From an uncultured virus (IMG/VR IMGVR_UViG_3300037067_023910) (Duplodnaviria; Heunggongvirae; Uroviricota; Caudoviricetes), in the IMG/VR virus record IMGVR_UViG_3300037067_023910: 64,000 nt of DNA. One strand, 5' to 3'. Positions 7,783 to 16,304 of the stretch are shown here, one piece after another. The position numbers and the translations under genes were made by a program. Numbering within the stretch: position 1 is the first letter of the stretch; every line of letters starts with the position of its first letter. Under the pieces are notes generated by a model, which searched no databases, had not been told where the DNA came from, and saw nothing but the letters and a program-made list of their open reading frames with translations.

Positions 7783-10700
7783 TCACCTGAATAAAAAGAA
7801 CATAATGGCCCCAATCCCTACAAACGCCGAAGCGATAATACTATATGTAAGTTTCGACGTTTTCTTTCGGCTGACAAAGGGTTTGGCGTCACGATAATAA
7901 ATACTCGACTTTCGGACCCCAATTTCGGGCGTGTCACTAATCTTTTCTTTGGTGGTGGGCTCGGCTTGGAGTTGGGACTTCACATTGACATACGCTATCG
8001 CGACCGCGGCTAACAATACCACTGCAAAAATCGCCACCAGAAGGTAATCTTTAATCTCTAACTGGATGTCAGCAGGAGTTACCAAGATCTCTTTTTCATA
8101 CGTCCCGATGGTAATATTCTTGGTCTGCACATCGTCCCATTCATGAAGGGTTTCCCCGGATGTAAGGGACACGACTTTATATTCCACATTTCCCTTGGGA
8201 AGATTGAGGGTCTTGGTCTCTAATGCGGCAAATTGCATTTCTTCAATCTGATTTTGATATTTTAACAGCAAATTAATGTTTTCATCGCGGTAGACGTTGG
8301 CAAAGGTCGTCGCTTCGATTTGATTTTCGATCAGCGTATAATTGTGCCCGACCCCGGTCCAATTTAACAAGTCGGAAAACATCGTCCGTTTGAACAATTC
8401 GGTCAAAAACTCGTTCTGTTCATAGGTCAAACTGATATTGCCCAAAATATTATTCGAATCGAGGACTAAATTGGTCGAGACATTTAACACCGCGGTATAG
8501 ATCGAGTTATTGACTAACAAAACATTCGATTCTAAATCGGCAATTAAGGACGCAATCGAAGAATTCACCAGATTTAGCCGGGTCATGATGTCTAACGAAT
8601 TATTGGTGATGTTGCTGTTCACGATGTTGAACTGGGTCAAAACCTCCAGGTGGTTGGCCCCGATCTCCGATTCAATAAACGTAAAATTCTGGACCATCGT
8701 GGTCTCCATATCGGCAATCGAAGAATTTAATGCTAAAAAACTCATTTGAGAATAAGCATAGATGGTATTGACCGAAGAGTTCAAAAAGTCAAAGGAATTT
8801 TCGCATTGGGTGATTAATACCCCCACCGATGAATTAATATAAGTAAACGAATTTGATGTTAATGTATAAATCGAATTTACTGATGAATTCAGAAATTCAA
8901 AGGTATCTTCAGAATTGACTAATAAGGTTTGAAGCGAAGAATTCATAAATTCAAAAGAATATTCACTCGACAATAAAATATCATCAAAGGTCGTGTTGAA
9001 ATTCTCAAAATTTAATATAATCATCGTTGTTTGATTCCCAATCGCCGAATTCGTGTTGGTAAAATTCAAACTCACATAGGTAAATTGCGTTTCAATTGAT
9101 GAATCTAAATTATTGATATTTTGCAACACTGCAAAGATAGTATTCGTTGAACTGATCAACAAGACATCATCAGACACAAAATTCAATGCATAAGTTACAT
9201 ATTCGGGAGTCCCCGTTTCATTTTTCATTAACACAATTCGATAATAATCGGGATACAACACATTTTTCCCGACTTCATTCGGAGATAACCATTCAGACCA
9301 AAACACAGTTGATCCCGGATAATAGGTCGGATCGCGGGTGATATTATAATGCAGAAAACTGGTCTGTTGGTTGTAAATTTTTAAGGTATATAGTGTGATA
9401 TTAATTGCAACCCAGTTTTCATCCCGGTTCACGGTATGCACAGTTGAACCAACATAGGTATTAAACCGGGAATAAATTGAGATATTCCATGCAGTATCTA
9501 TTTCTCTATAAACCCGATTTTCGTAAATTATGGAAGAATTGATATAAATCTTAAAATTCTCTGAATTCAAGAAATTTCCGCTTTGGTCCGCCAAGGAAAT
9601 AAAACATTCTCTAACATTTGGAGGGGTGTAAATAACATCATTTAAAAGAGACGTGACAGTATCAATTTGCAATGTATTATTATAAGCATCGGATAATCGC
9701 GAGAGATAATTTGCTGTAATATTTGTGAGTATTGACGAATATGGATTGATGGAATAATTCAAAAATCGATCATATGAACTGGTGTGTGTGCTGCGGTAAA
9801 TATAATATCCAGTGGCCCAACTATAATCAATTGCATCATAATAAACTGCAAATCGGGTCGATGTTCCACTTGGATCACCCAAAATCACTTTATCAATACT
9901 GGCAACAACGTTTCTTGATGATGTTTTTGTTGCTAATAAAATAGAATTTTGATAGATTGAATAGGAATTCGTTCCACAATTAAATACAATGCGATAATGA
10001 GCCCATGTATTATCTACATAAGTTCCGATTGTTGACGCTGAACCTGTTGCATTATACCATTCGATATTATTATTTTCGTTAAATCGCATTTGGATGTTAA
10101 CGGTTGGCGTTGAGATTGTATAGAACATAACCCCACCAGCAACAGTATTTGAGACAATATTACACCAAAATTCAATTGTCCCACTTGTTTGTGTCGCAAA
10201 AATGTTTGTGATCCCTCCGTCCCAAACGGATGTTGCATGGTTATAATACGAAACTTTTCGATGACCGCCATTATACGCGACTATTGTTTGAGCCCCAGTC
10301 CAGTCAGTCGGAGTTGTCCCAATAATATCATTATCAAATGAATAGAGCCCTTTGTAATGACCGGATTCTAAAAATAATTCATTTTCAAATTCAAACGCAC
10401 GTTCATTATATAAATCAGACGAATAATTCAATTCGAGATTTCGGTTTGTATAATATTCAGTTGACCAACTTGTGTCCATTGCGTCAACATAAAATTGAGC
10501 AGATACATCGCTCGAACTGAATGAAATATAATTAACCCATGCAGCGGTAAATGCTCCATCCACCACTTTCCCAACACCATTGATATAAATTGAATATGTA
10601 TCACTGGTAGCATTCCATAAATAGCGAATATGAATCCAGTTGACAGTATATGCAGTTAATACTCCAGCAGTATTCATATATCCATCGTTTTGAAATAAAA

Positions 10701-11937
10701 TGTAGTTGATAAACGCTCCATTCGAGAGACCAACGTAAATAGGTTTAGTCGTTTGAAGTGGTTTTATCCAAAATTCGACATTTGATGCATATTGCACAGC
10801 AAATGGCCCGAAATTTGTCGAATGCCACGCAGACGTAAAGGATTGACTATGAAGTATTTTCTGATGTGTCGAATCACCTGCTTCAACGTGTGCAACGACG
10901 TCTCCATCCTTGCTCCATCCCAACGTTGTTGGGTAAACTCCGTTCGGAATCAAATCGAATGATGAAAACCCTTGATAATGTGCATTTTCGAGTAATTCAA
11001 CGTTTATGCGTTCGTTGGCGTTATTTTGAATTTTGAGCGAATTTATCGTGATTGTGCGATATGCGGTAAAATTTTGCATAATCGAATCAGCAAAAATCAG
11101 ATTATTTTCCAAATCATAAATTTGGATTTTATATTGTGGATTTGTGAGTATAACATTTTGCGGGTCAGTTTCAATCCAGTCTAAATCATAACCGCTCACA
11201 GCGAGATAATCGGAATCAGAATAAAGTGGTCGATAACTGTAGATTTTAACTCGAATATTATTTAAATTATAAAATTCGGAGTCAATAATCAAATTAGTTT
11301 TTAATTTATATGTGCAATACATCGCTCCAGTCGCTGACGTCGAGATAAACCCACTCGCATCATAACGAGACCAACCAATTCCATTCGATGGTTCCCGCCA
11401 TCTTATATAAAACGGCTCCATCGGCATCGCTGATGCGGTTGTTATATTCATCAAATAATATGATGTGGACGCTTTCATGCAAAACATCATTCGATTTGAC
11501 GTTGAATTATAATATGAATCGAGAAATTCGTTGTTGCGAAAACGAATTAATTTTGTGGCGGGAAAAACTCCAGTTTGTTCGGTCGCAGTTTCAGCATCAA
11601 ATAAACACGTTCTGTATCCAGTGTTTGGCCCCACGATTAGATGATCGAGATAGGTCGAATAAAATCCATCATCAAACGCTCCTCCAGTCGCATATAAATA
11701 CCCATTAATTGTCCACTGCATTAATCCGGGGTCCCGTTCTGTATTTTCAATAAAAACATGTCTGATGAAAAATCGATCTGGATCGACGGATGTTTCTGGA
11801 TTTGTCGTTGTAGTGGTTATCGTTTCATTTTCAGATGTAGTTTCTAAAATATCAAAATCTTTGAATTGAACTGGAAAATTCACGCAAAATGAGCCTAAGA
11901 TGATGAAAACAAGTAATACAGAATGATAATTTTTCAT
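7783..11937 (-). CDS. Large surface spike or adhesin: signal peptide, two ConA/LamG-like domains, 18-residue-repeat stalk, two C-terminal TMs
   Basis: Duplicated beta-rich unit (SF..G..P..W / EFW / W.H.R....YSIY.N / DA.D.SW...YY), about 12 sequon-bearing 18-mers, two hydrophobic C-terminal helices. Confidence 0.8.
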   Translation of the reverse strand: MKNYHSVLLVFIILGSFCVNFPVQFKDFDILETTSENETITTTTTNPETSVDPDRFFIRHVFIENTERDPGLMQWTINGYLYATGGAFDDGFYSTYLDHLIVGPNTGYRTCLFDAETATEQTGVFPATKLIRFRNNEFLDSYYNSTSNRMMFCMKASTSYYLMNITTASAMPMEPFYIRWREPSNGIGWSRYDASGFISTSATGAMYCTYKLKTNLIIDSEFYNLNNIRVKIYSYRPLYSDSDYLAVSGYDLDWIETDPQNVILTNPQYKIQIYDLENNLIFADSIMQNFTAYRTITINSLKIQNNANERINVELLENAHYQGFSSFDLIPNGVYPTTLGWSKDGDVVAHVEAGDSTHQKILHSQSFTSAWHSTNFGPFAVQYASNVEFWIKPLQTTKPIYVGLSNGAFINYILFQNDGYMNTAGVLTAYTVNWIHIRYLWNATSDTYSIYINGVGKVVDGAFTAAWVNYISFSSSDVSAQFYVDAMDTSWSTEYYTNRNLELNYSSDLYNERAFEFENELFLESGHYKGLYSFDNDIIGTTPTDWTGAQTIVAYNGGHRKVSYYNHATSVWDGGITNIFATQTSGTIEFWCNIVSNTVAGGVMFYTISTPTVNIQMRFNENNNIEWYNATGSASTIGTYVDNTWAHYRIVFNCGTNSYSIYQNSILLATKTSSRNVVASIDKVILGDPSGTSTRFAVYYDAIDYSWATGYYIYRSTHTSSYDRFLNYSINPYSSILTNITANYLSRLSDAYNNTLQIDTVTSLLNDVIYTPPNVRECFISLADQSGNFLNSENFKIYINSSIIYENRVYREIDTAWNISIYSRFNTYVGSTVHTVNRDENWVAINITLYTLKIYNQQTSFLHYNITRDPTYYPGSTVFWSEWLSPNEVGKNVLYPDYYRIVLMKNETGTPEYVTYALNFVSDDVLLISSTNTIFAVLQNINNLDSSIETQFTYVSLNFTNTNSAIGNQTTMIILNFENFNTTFDDILLSSEYSFEFMNSSLQTLLVNSEDTFEFLNSSVNSIYTLTSNSFTYINSSVGVLITQCENSFDFLNSSVNTIYAYSQMSFLALNSSIADMETTMVQNFTFIESEIGANHLEVLTQFNIVNSNITNNSLDIMTRLNLVNSSIASLIADLESNVLLVNNSIYTAVLNVSTNLVLDSNNILGNISLTYEQNEFLTELFKRTMFSDLLNWTGVGHNYTLIENQIEATTFANVYRDENINLLLKYQNQIEEMQFAALETKTLNLPKGNVEYKVVSLTSGETLHEWDDVQTKNITIGTYEKEILVTPADIQLEIKDYLLVAIFAVVLLAAVAIAYVNVKSQLQAEPTTKEKISDTPEIGVRKSSIYYRDAKPFVSRKKTSKLTYSIIASAFVGIGAIMFFLFR

Positions 11938-11969
11938 ATTTTTTTTCCTCCTGAGTGAAGATAAAAAAA

Positions 11970-12764
11970 TTAGTTGAGAGTTAACGGGACCGTCACTCTC
12001 AATGTTATCGCATAGTCCAAATACCCCGTTTTGGTATCGTAATCATAGACGACGTAGGTTTCAAAGCCTTGAACGGTGATCGACCGTCCAGAGCTGGAAG
12101 ATTCTTTATAAGTGCCCCCCGGCGATGAGACCGACACGGTCGAATACCACCGATAATAACACGTCATTGATCCATACAATGAGAAAATGCTTTGACTGAC
12201 ATCTAAGATACTCGTCGATGATTGAAAATACGTCACCGGGCGGAAATCATTTAAGGTCGGTTCTTTACTGTAAATCAAGTCGATGACTAACGGGATGTTG
12301 ACGACCATTTCGATGACCAATGAAGTCGCCGTCTGGGAGACCACGACAAAATCTTCTGCATACATGAACCCCAGCTGGCGCGGAAAGACCGCAATTGGAT
12401 CAATATTCTCGGATTTTTGATATTGACTAAACGAACAGGCGATTTGATAGTCCGTTGACAACACCTCGGCATTGCTGTCCTCGCTCCAATCGGAATTCGT
12501 CTCTTCAGGTATCCAACTGGGGGTTTCACCCGGAGTTTCCGCGACCTCCGATTGGCTCAACTCTTCGGTTTGGTTTTGCCAAGGTGGGGTGTCATCCCCG
12601 GTCGAATTGATGAAAAATTGATCGTTCTGGCCCAAAATATATTCTTCTGGGACTCCTTCCAGTGGATTTTGGGGGGGAGATGGTAAACATGCGATATAAA
12701 TCCCCGCCCCAATCAACCCCACGATTAAAAGGGCCGAAAAAAAGACTTTCGGATTGACGGTCAT
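11970..12764 (-). CDS. N-terminally anchored extracellular beta-rich protein
   Basis: N-terminal TM, acidic/Pro linker, beta-strand-like C-terminal domain. Confidence 0.75.
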   Translation of the reverse strand: MTVNPKVFFSALLIVGLIGAGIYIACLPSPPQNPLEGVPEEYILGQNDQFFINSTGDDTPPWQNQTEELSQSEVAETPGETPSWIPEETNSDWSEDSNAEVLSTDYQIACSFSQYQKSENIDPIAVFPRQLGFMYAEDFVVVSQTATSLVIEMVVNIPLVIDLIYSKEPTLNDFRPVTYFQSSTSILDVSQSIFSLYGSMTCYYRWYSTVSVSSPGGTYKESSSSGRSITVQGFETYVVYDYDTKTGYLDYAITLRVTVPLTLN

Positions 12765-14317
12765 TATGCCACCTTCCTCGGGTTTAACCGCTGGGTGGTT
12801 TGTTCTACCACTTTTCGTTTAGAGATGTTCACGAAAATCACGATCCCAATGACGGCGACAATGGCAATAATGATGTAGATTTTATATTCGGCGAGAAAGT
12901 CAAACCACTCGCCGGGATCCCACCATGGATCACCTGGAGGCTCTGAGATCGAAGCATTTACATCACCCCCGACAACATCATAATAATAATCATCCCCGCC
13001 TTGGTCTGGAGGGGTTATTATATCTTGGCCGGGGGTTGTTGGGGTATAGGTCATCTCATCAACTGCGGTGAAAAGGTCCATCTCGACATAGCATTTTTGT
13101 TTGAAATAATAGTTCGTGATCCCGTAGCCCACACACCACGGAATATCAGTGGTGGTCACGGTCGATGATGCTTTACACGACCCTTGCCCGGGGTATGAAA
13201 CATCAATTTTAATGGTCCCGCGGGTCAAGCTCACAGTCTTAAGATATTTATCAAACCGTCCCCCGATATTACAGCGATAGGTCCCGCTCAATGTCGAGGT
13301 CGGGTTTTGGTTGTTGCCGGCCAGTTGGGTGTTGGTGGATGTCGCCATGGTATTATGAGACCACACTTTTGCTAAATCATACCCGGACGCAGCTGACCAA
13401 CCATAGTTTCCTTCATTTAATACATCTTCGATCGTTTTGGCGGACCCTTCATACGTCTCATAACTATCGATAATGTTTCCGTAGGAATCGTCTTTAATGA
13501 CTTTAGCAGACCCCGACTGAACTGTGCCTGCTGCAAAATGAGGGTCATTTTTAGTGATTGTCCCCACTTCTGCCGGGACTTCTGACGTAGACATTTTGAT
13601 GAGTTGGGAATCGATGCCCACCATTTTATATTGTATGCCGTCAATTATCACGGACTGGCCCTGGTAAGGAACATTAAAGCTGGCCGTTAACCCAATATCA
13701 AAAGTTCCCCCAATGGGGATTTTTTGAATCGCCGCGGTATCAATCGTATATTCAGAATAGGTAATATACAGAGTCTCATCGTAATCGTCTTCTTCGCCAC
13801 AGAGACTTCCAGAAAGACACGAAGCTTCATCAATTTTAAGCCACCATTGATTTTTTTGAGGATAACTTGGTTTTTGGAAAGAATCGGTGTTGTAGGTCGA
13901 ATACCCACAGATCCAATACGACATTTTCACGTGGTATTTATAGAGTTTATTTCCGGCCCCATCGACCCCAACGGCCCCTTCTTTGGCAAAATCAATAAAG
14001 GCGGCGGCCCCCACATCGATCCGGATATTTGGATCACTGGGTTGAGTCGCGGTAATCGAAAAATATTTGTCCCGGAGGTTAGCCCAATTGATGGAATCGA
14101 CCATTGTCGTGGTGATCGTATCTTTATTTTCAGGTAAGGTCGTCCCGGCCTCCGGTGTTGTGCCCGGGGTGGTCGGCGTGGTTGGAGCTGGTGGTGGAGG
14201 TGTTGTGCCAGGTAAGGTGATCGTTGGAAGAGTGAATGCTGCTGTAAATTCCATGCTCACTATGATACTACCGAGCATTGCGATAATGAAAAGAGAAAAA
14301 ATCGGAGTTCGCTTCAC
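12764..14317 (-). CDS. Secreted protein with Pro/Thr linker and C-terminal membrane anchor (candidate envelope protein)
   Basis: Signal peptide, TPPPPAPTTPTTPG linker, Cys-containing ectodomain, TM IYIIIAIVAVIGIVIFV, basic tail. Confidence 0.8.
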   Translation of the reverse strand: MKRTPIFSLFIIAMLGSIIVSMEFTAAFTLPTITLPGTTPPPPAPTTPTTPGTTPEAGTTLPENKDTITTTMVDSINWANLRDKYFSITATQPSDPNIRIDVGAAAFIDFAKEGAVGVDGAGNKLYKYHVKMSYWICGYSTYNTDSFQKPSYPQKNQWWLKIDEASCLSGSLCGEEDDYDETLYITYSEYTIDTAAIQKIPIGGTFDIGLTASFNVPYQGQSVIIDGIQYKMVGIDSQLIKMSTSEVPAEVGTITKNDPHFAAGTVQSGSAKVIKDDSYGNIIDSYETYEGSAKTIEDVLNEGNYGWSAASGYDLAKVWSHNTMATSTNTQLAGNNQNPTSTLSGTYRCNIGGRFDKYLKTVSLTRGTIKIDVSYPGQGSCKASSTVTTTDIPWCVGYGITNYYFKQKCYVEMDLFTAVDEMTYTPTTPGQDIITPPDQGGDDYYYDVVGGDVNASISEPPGDPWWDPGEWFDFLAEYKIYIIIAIVAVIGIVIFVNISKRKVVEQTTQRLNPRKVA

Positions 14318-14331
14318 TGCGAGCCCCCCTT

Positions 14332-15213
14332 TTAGGTTTGCACATCGTATTCAGTTAAGGTCGTGTCCAAATTGCCATAAAAGACATTTAACTCGACCCC
14401 TTCGAATGTGTCACCTAATCCGCTGCTCAAGACTATGTCCACCGTTAAAGGTGCTGCATTGGAAATGTCTGTTGCAAAATAAAAATAGGTTACATTGCCA
14501 TCTACGACTTCATCGTAAGCATCGGCACATGAAACATAGCTCGACGCTGAAGTATCGTTGACTTCAACCCCAATCACGACACAATCATAGAGTAAATTGT
14601 CAACATCGGAGTTTTCAAAATCATAATTATAAGAATCCCAGCCTTCCGGGTAATCTACATCCGTTGTGGTCGGGATTACAGTAATCGTCCATTCGTCATC
14701 GGTCGTGGACGCAAATGTGCTGCCCCCGCCATCGGTTTCATAGGCAATAATGTTAATGTCTGCGGATTGATTCGCTAAATAAACGAGATTTTCACCAGGG
14801 ACTGGGAATACCCATTTACTGGAATACCCTGTCGCGGTAATTTCGAATACTTGGATCAAGTCAGCATCGATATCAAAAGTATCTTCCGCATCGATGGCTT
14901 CAATGGTCTCTGCGGTAAAGTCTGCATAAGTGAGATCGGCGATCTCTTCGGCAGTCATTTCACTAATGTCGACGGTATATTCGGTAGCATTAAAATCTTC
15001 AATTTCAGTGCCACTAAATAGCTCCGTCGCATTAAAACTATAATAATCATAGGTCGGTACGACCGCAGGCTCAACGGGAGCCGGGGTCCACCACCCTAAG
15101 GAATTCCCCAAATAATACCCCCCGATGAAGACCAAGGCAATTGCCATGATCGGAATCACGGGTGATATTTGTCGGGCGGAAGTCGCTTTGCGAGGGGTAG
15201 ATGGTTGACGCAT
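14332..15213 (-). CDS. Highly acidic N-anchored extracellular protein, first gene of the structural operon (candidate major virion protein)
   Basis: Likely start MRQPST at 15213 after AAAGGA (track uses 15264); basic N-terminus, TM, D/E/T-rich ectodomain. Confidence 0.75.
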   Translation of the reverse strand: MRQPSTPRKATSARQISPVIPIMAIALVFIGGYYLGNSLGWWTPAPVEPAVVPTYDYYSFNATELFSGTEIEDFNATEYTVDISEMTAEEIADLTYADFTAETIEAIDAEDTFDIDADLIQVFEITATGYSSKWVFPVPGENLVYLANQSADINIIAYETDGGGSTFASTTDDEWTITVIPTTTDVDYPEGWDSYNYDFENSDVDNLLYDCVVIGVEVNDTSASSYVSCADAYDEVVDGNVTYFYFATDISNAAPLTVDIVLSSGLGDTFEGVELNVFYGNLDTTLTEYDVQT

Positions 15214-15260
15214 TCGATCAAATCCTTTTTCGGTTTTTTGGTGGCTTACGCCACATGAAC

Positions 15261-15373
15261 ACATTTTTGATCAAAAATGTCCCGAAAAAGCAGAAAAAAT
15301 TGATCAAAAATGTTCATTATTTCAGATAACGGGCGGCCTTATATAAACGCGTGTGGCTACAATGTGGCTACAA
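15261..15373 (-). promoter_or_regulatory. Putative promoter and operators of the structural operon
   Basis: Minus-strand TTTATATAA at 15339-15347; perfect 20-bp palindrome ACATTTTTGATCAAAAATGT at 15261-15280 with a partial copy near 15300-15313; tandem TGTGGCTACAA x2 at 15352-15373. Confidence 0.65.
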
Positions 15374-15415
15374 AACGGCCATTTTCAAAACCCCGATCTC
15401 TTGCGAGAAAAGCGA

Positions 15416-15766
15416 TCAATTAATATCTATCATAATTTTAATCCGAATTTTTTTGTGCCCCTTTTGTTTTTTATACTGGGCCTTTAATTGGGTAAAGATT
15501 TCGGAAAAAACCGTTTTCGCTTGAATTTGGTCGCGTGAAAATTCGTCATAATATTGGGTTAATAATTGGAAATCGCCCAGGAAGTCATTGATAATATTCA
15601 TGGAAGATTCTTTCCCGTCTTCGGTGAGGGCGGCTAATTTGGTCAATGTTTCCAAGAACACCCGGACGTGGTCCGAAGACCGGGGGATCTTGAGAAAATT
15701 GCCTTTGAGGTCGCCCTGGACGCGGACCCGGTAAGTGGTATCGTTATTGTTGGTCTCGGTGATCAT
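15416..15766 (-). CDS. Hypothetical protein
   Basis: 116-aa ORF between the candidate origin and the structural promoter. Confidence 0.65.
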   Translation of the reverse strand: MITETNNNDTTYRVRVQGDLKGNFLKIPRSSDHVRVFLETLTKLAALTEDGKESSMNIINDFLGDFQLLTQYYDEFSRDQIQAKTVFSEIFTQLKAQYKKQKGHKKIRIKIMIDIN

Positions 15767-15854
15767 AAAAATCCCTGGAATTAATGGATGGAAAAATTAT
15801 ATATGAGAAGATGGAAAAATTGAAAAAAGGATGATCTTGTCAAGTCTACAATGC

Positions 15855-16200
15855 GTGAACAAGTGAACAACCAGTGAACAAACATTGATCATCGTTTTTC
15901 TTCAATCTGGTGGCAAAAACTTGTCCAGAATGGAGAAAAAGGGTGAAGTGAACAAGTGAACAAAATTTGGGGATCTACGCCTATATATCACATGTGACAT
16001 GTGATGTATTATATGTATTACTACATATGTGTCATTCTATGTTTTCCGTTACACGTGTAACCATATATATCCTAGAACTTGTTCACTTGTTCACTTGTAA
16101 AATATATTTATATATATATATGATCTAGAGGGAAAAAAGGCCATTTAATCGGTGAACGGAAGTTGTTCACTTGGCGTTCACTTGCCCAACTTTTGTTCAC
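15855..16200. repeat. Putative replication origin: converging GTGAACAA repeats around an AT-rich palindromic core
   Basis: GTGAACAA at 15855, 15863, 15874, 15948, 15956; TTGTTCAC at 16079, 16087, 16163, 16193; palindromes TCACATGTGA (15988) and GTTACACGTGTAAC (16048); AT run 16099-16121; directly downstream of the helicase gene. Confidence 0.75.
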
Positions 16201-16304
16201 CAATCTTGTTAGATCTACTTTCTCTGACCAAATGACTAATTGATGAAAAAATCTTAAATCTTGTTTTTTCTCTTCTGGTGATGAAATTGTGTTTAGATTG
16301 GAGT

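Noticed and set aside
1..15264. Type IV secretion/conjugation or archaeal pilus operon
   Set aside because: No relaxase, large VirB4-like ATPase, TadC-like platform or class III signal peptides recognised; not fully excluded because the ATPase is truncated
15855..16200. GTGAACAA repeats as CRISPR or transposon ends
   Set aside because: Irregular spacing, both orientations, 8-bp unit and no transposase; they fit origin iterons better
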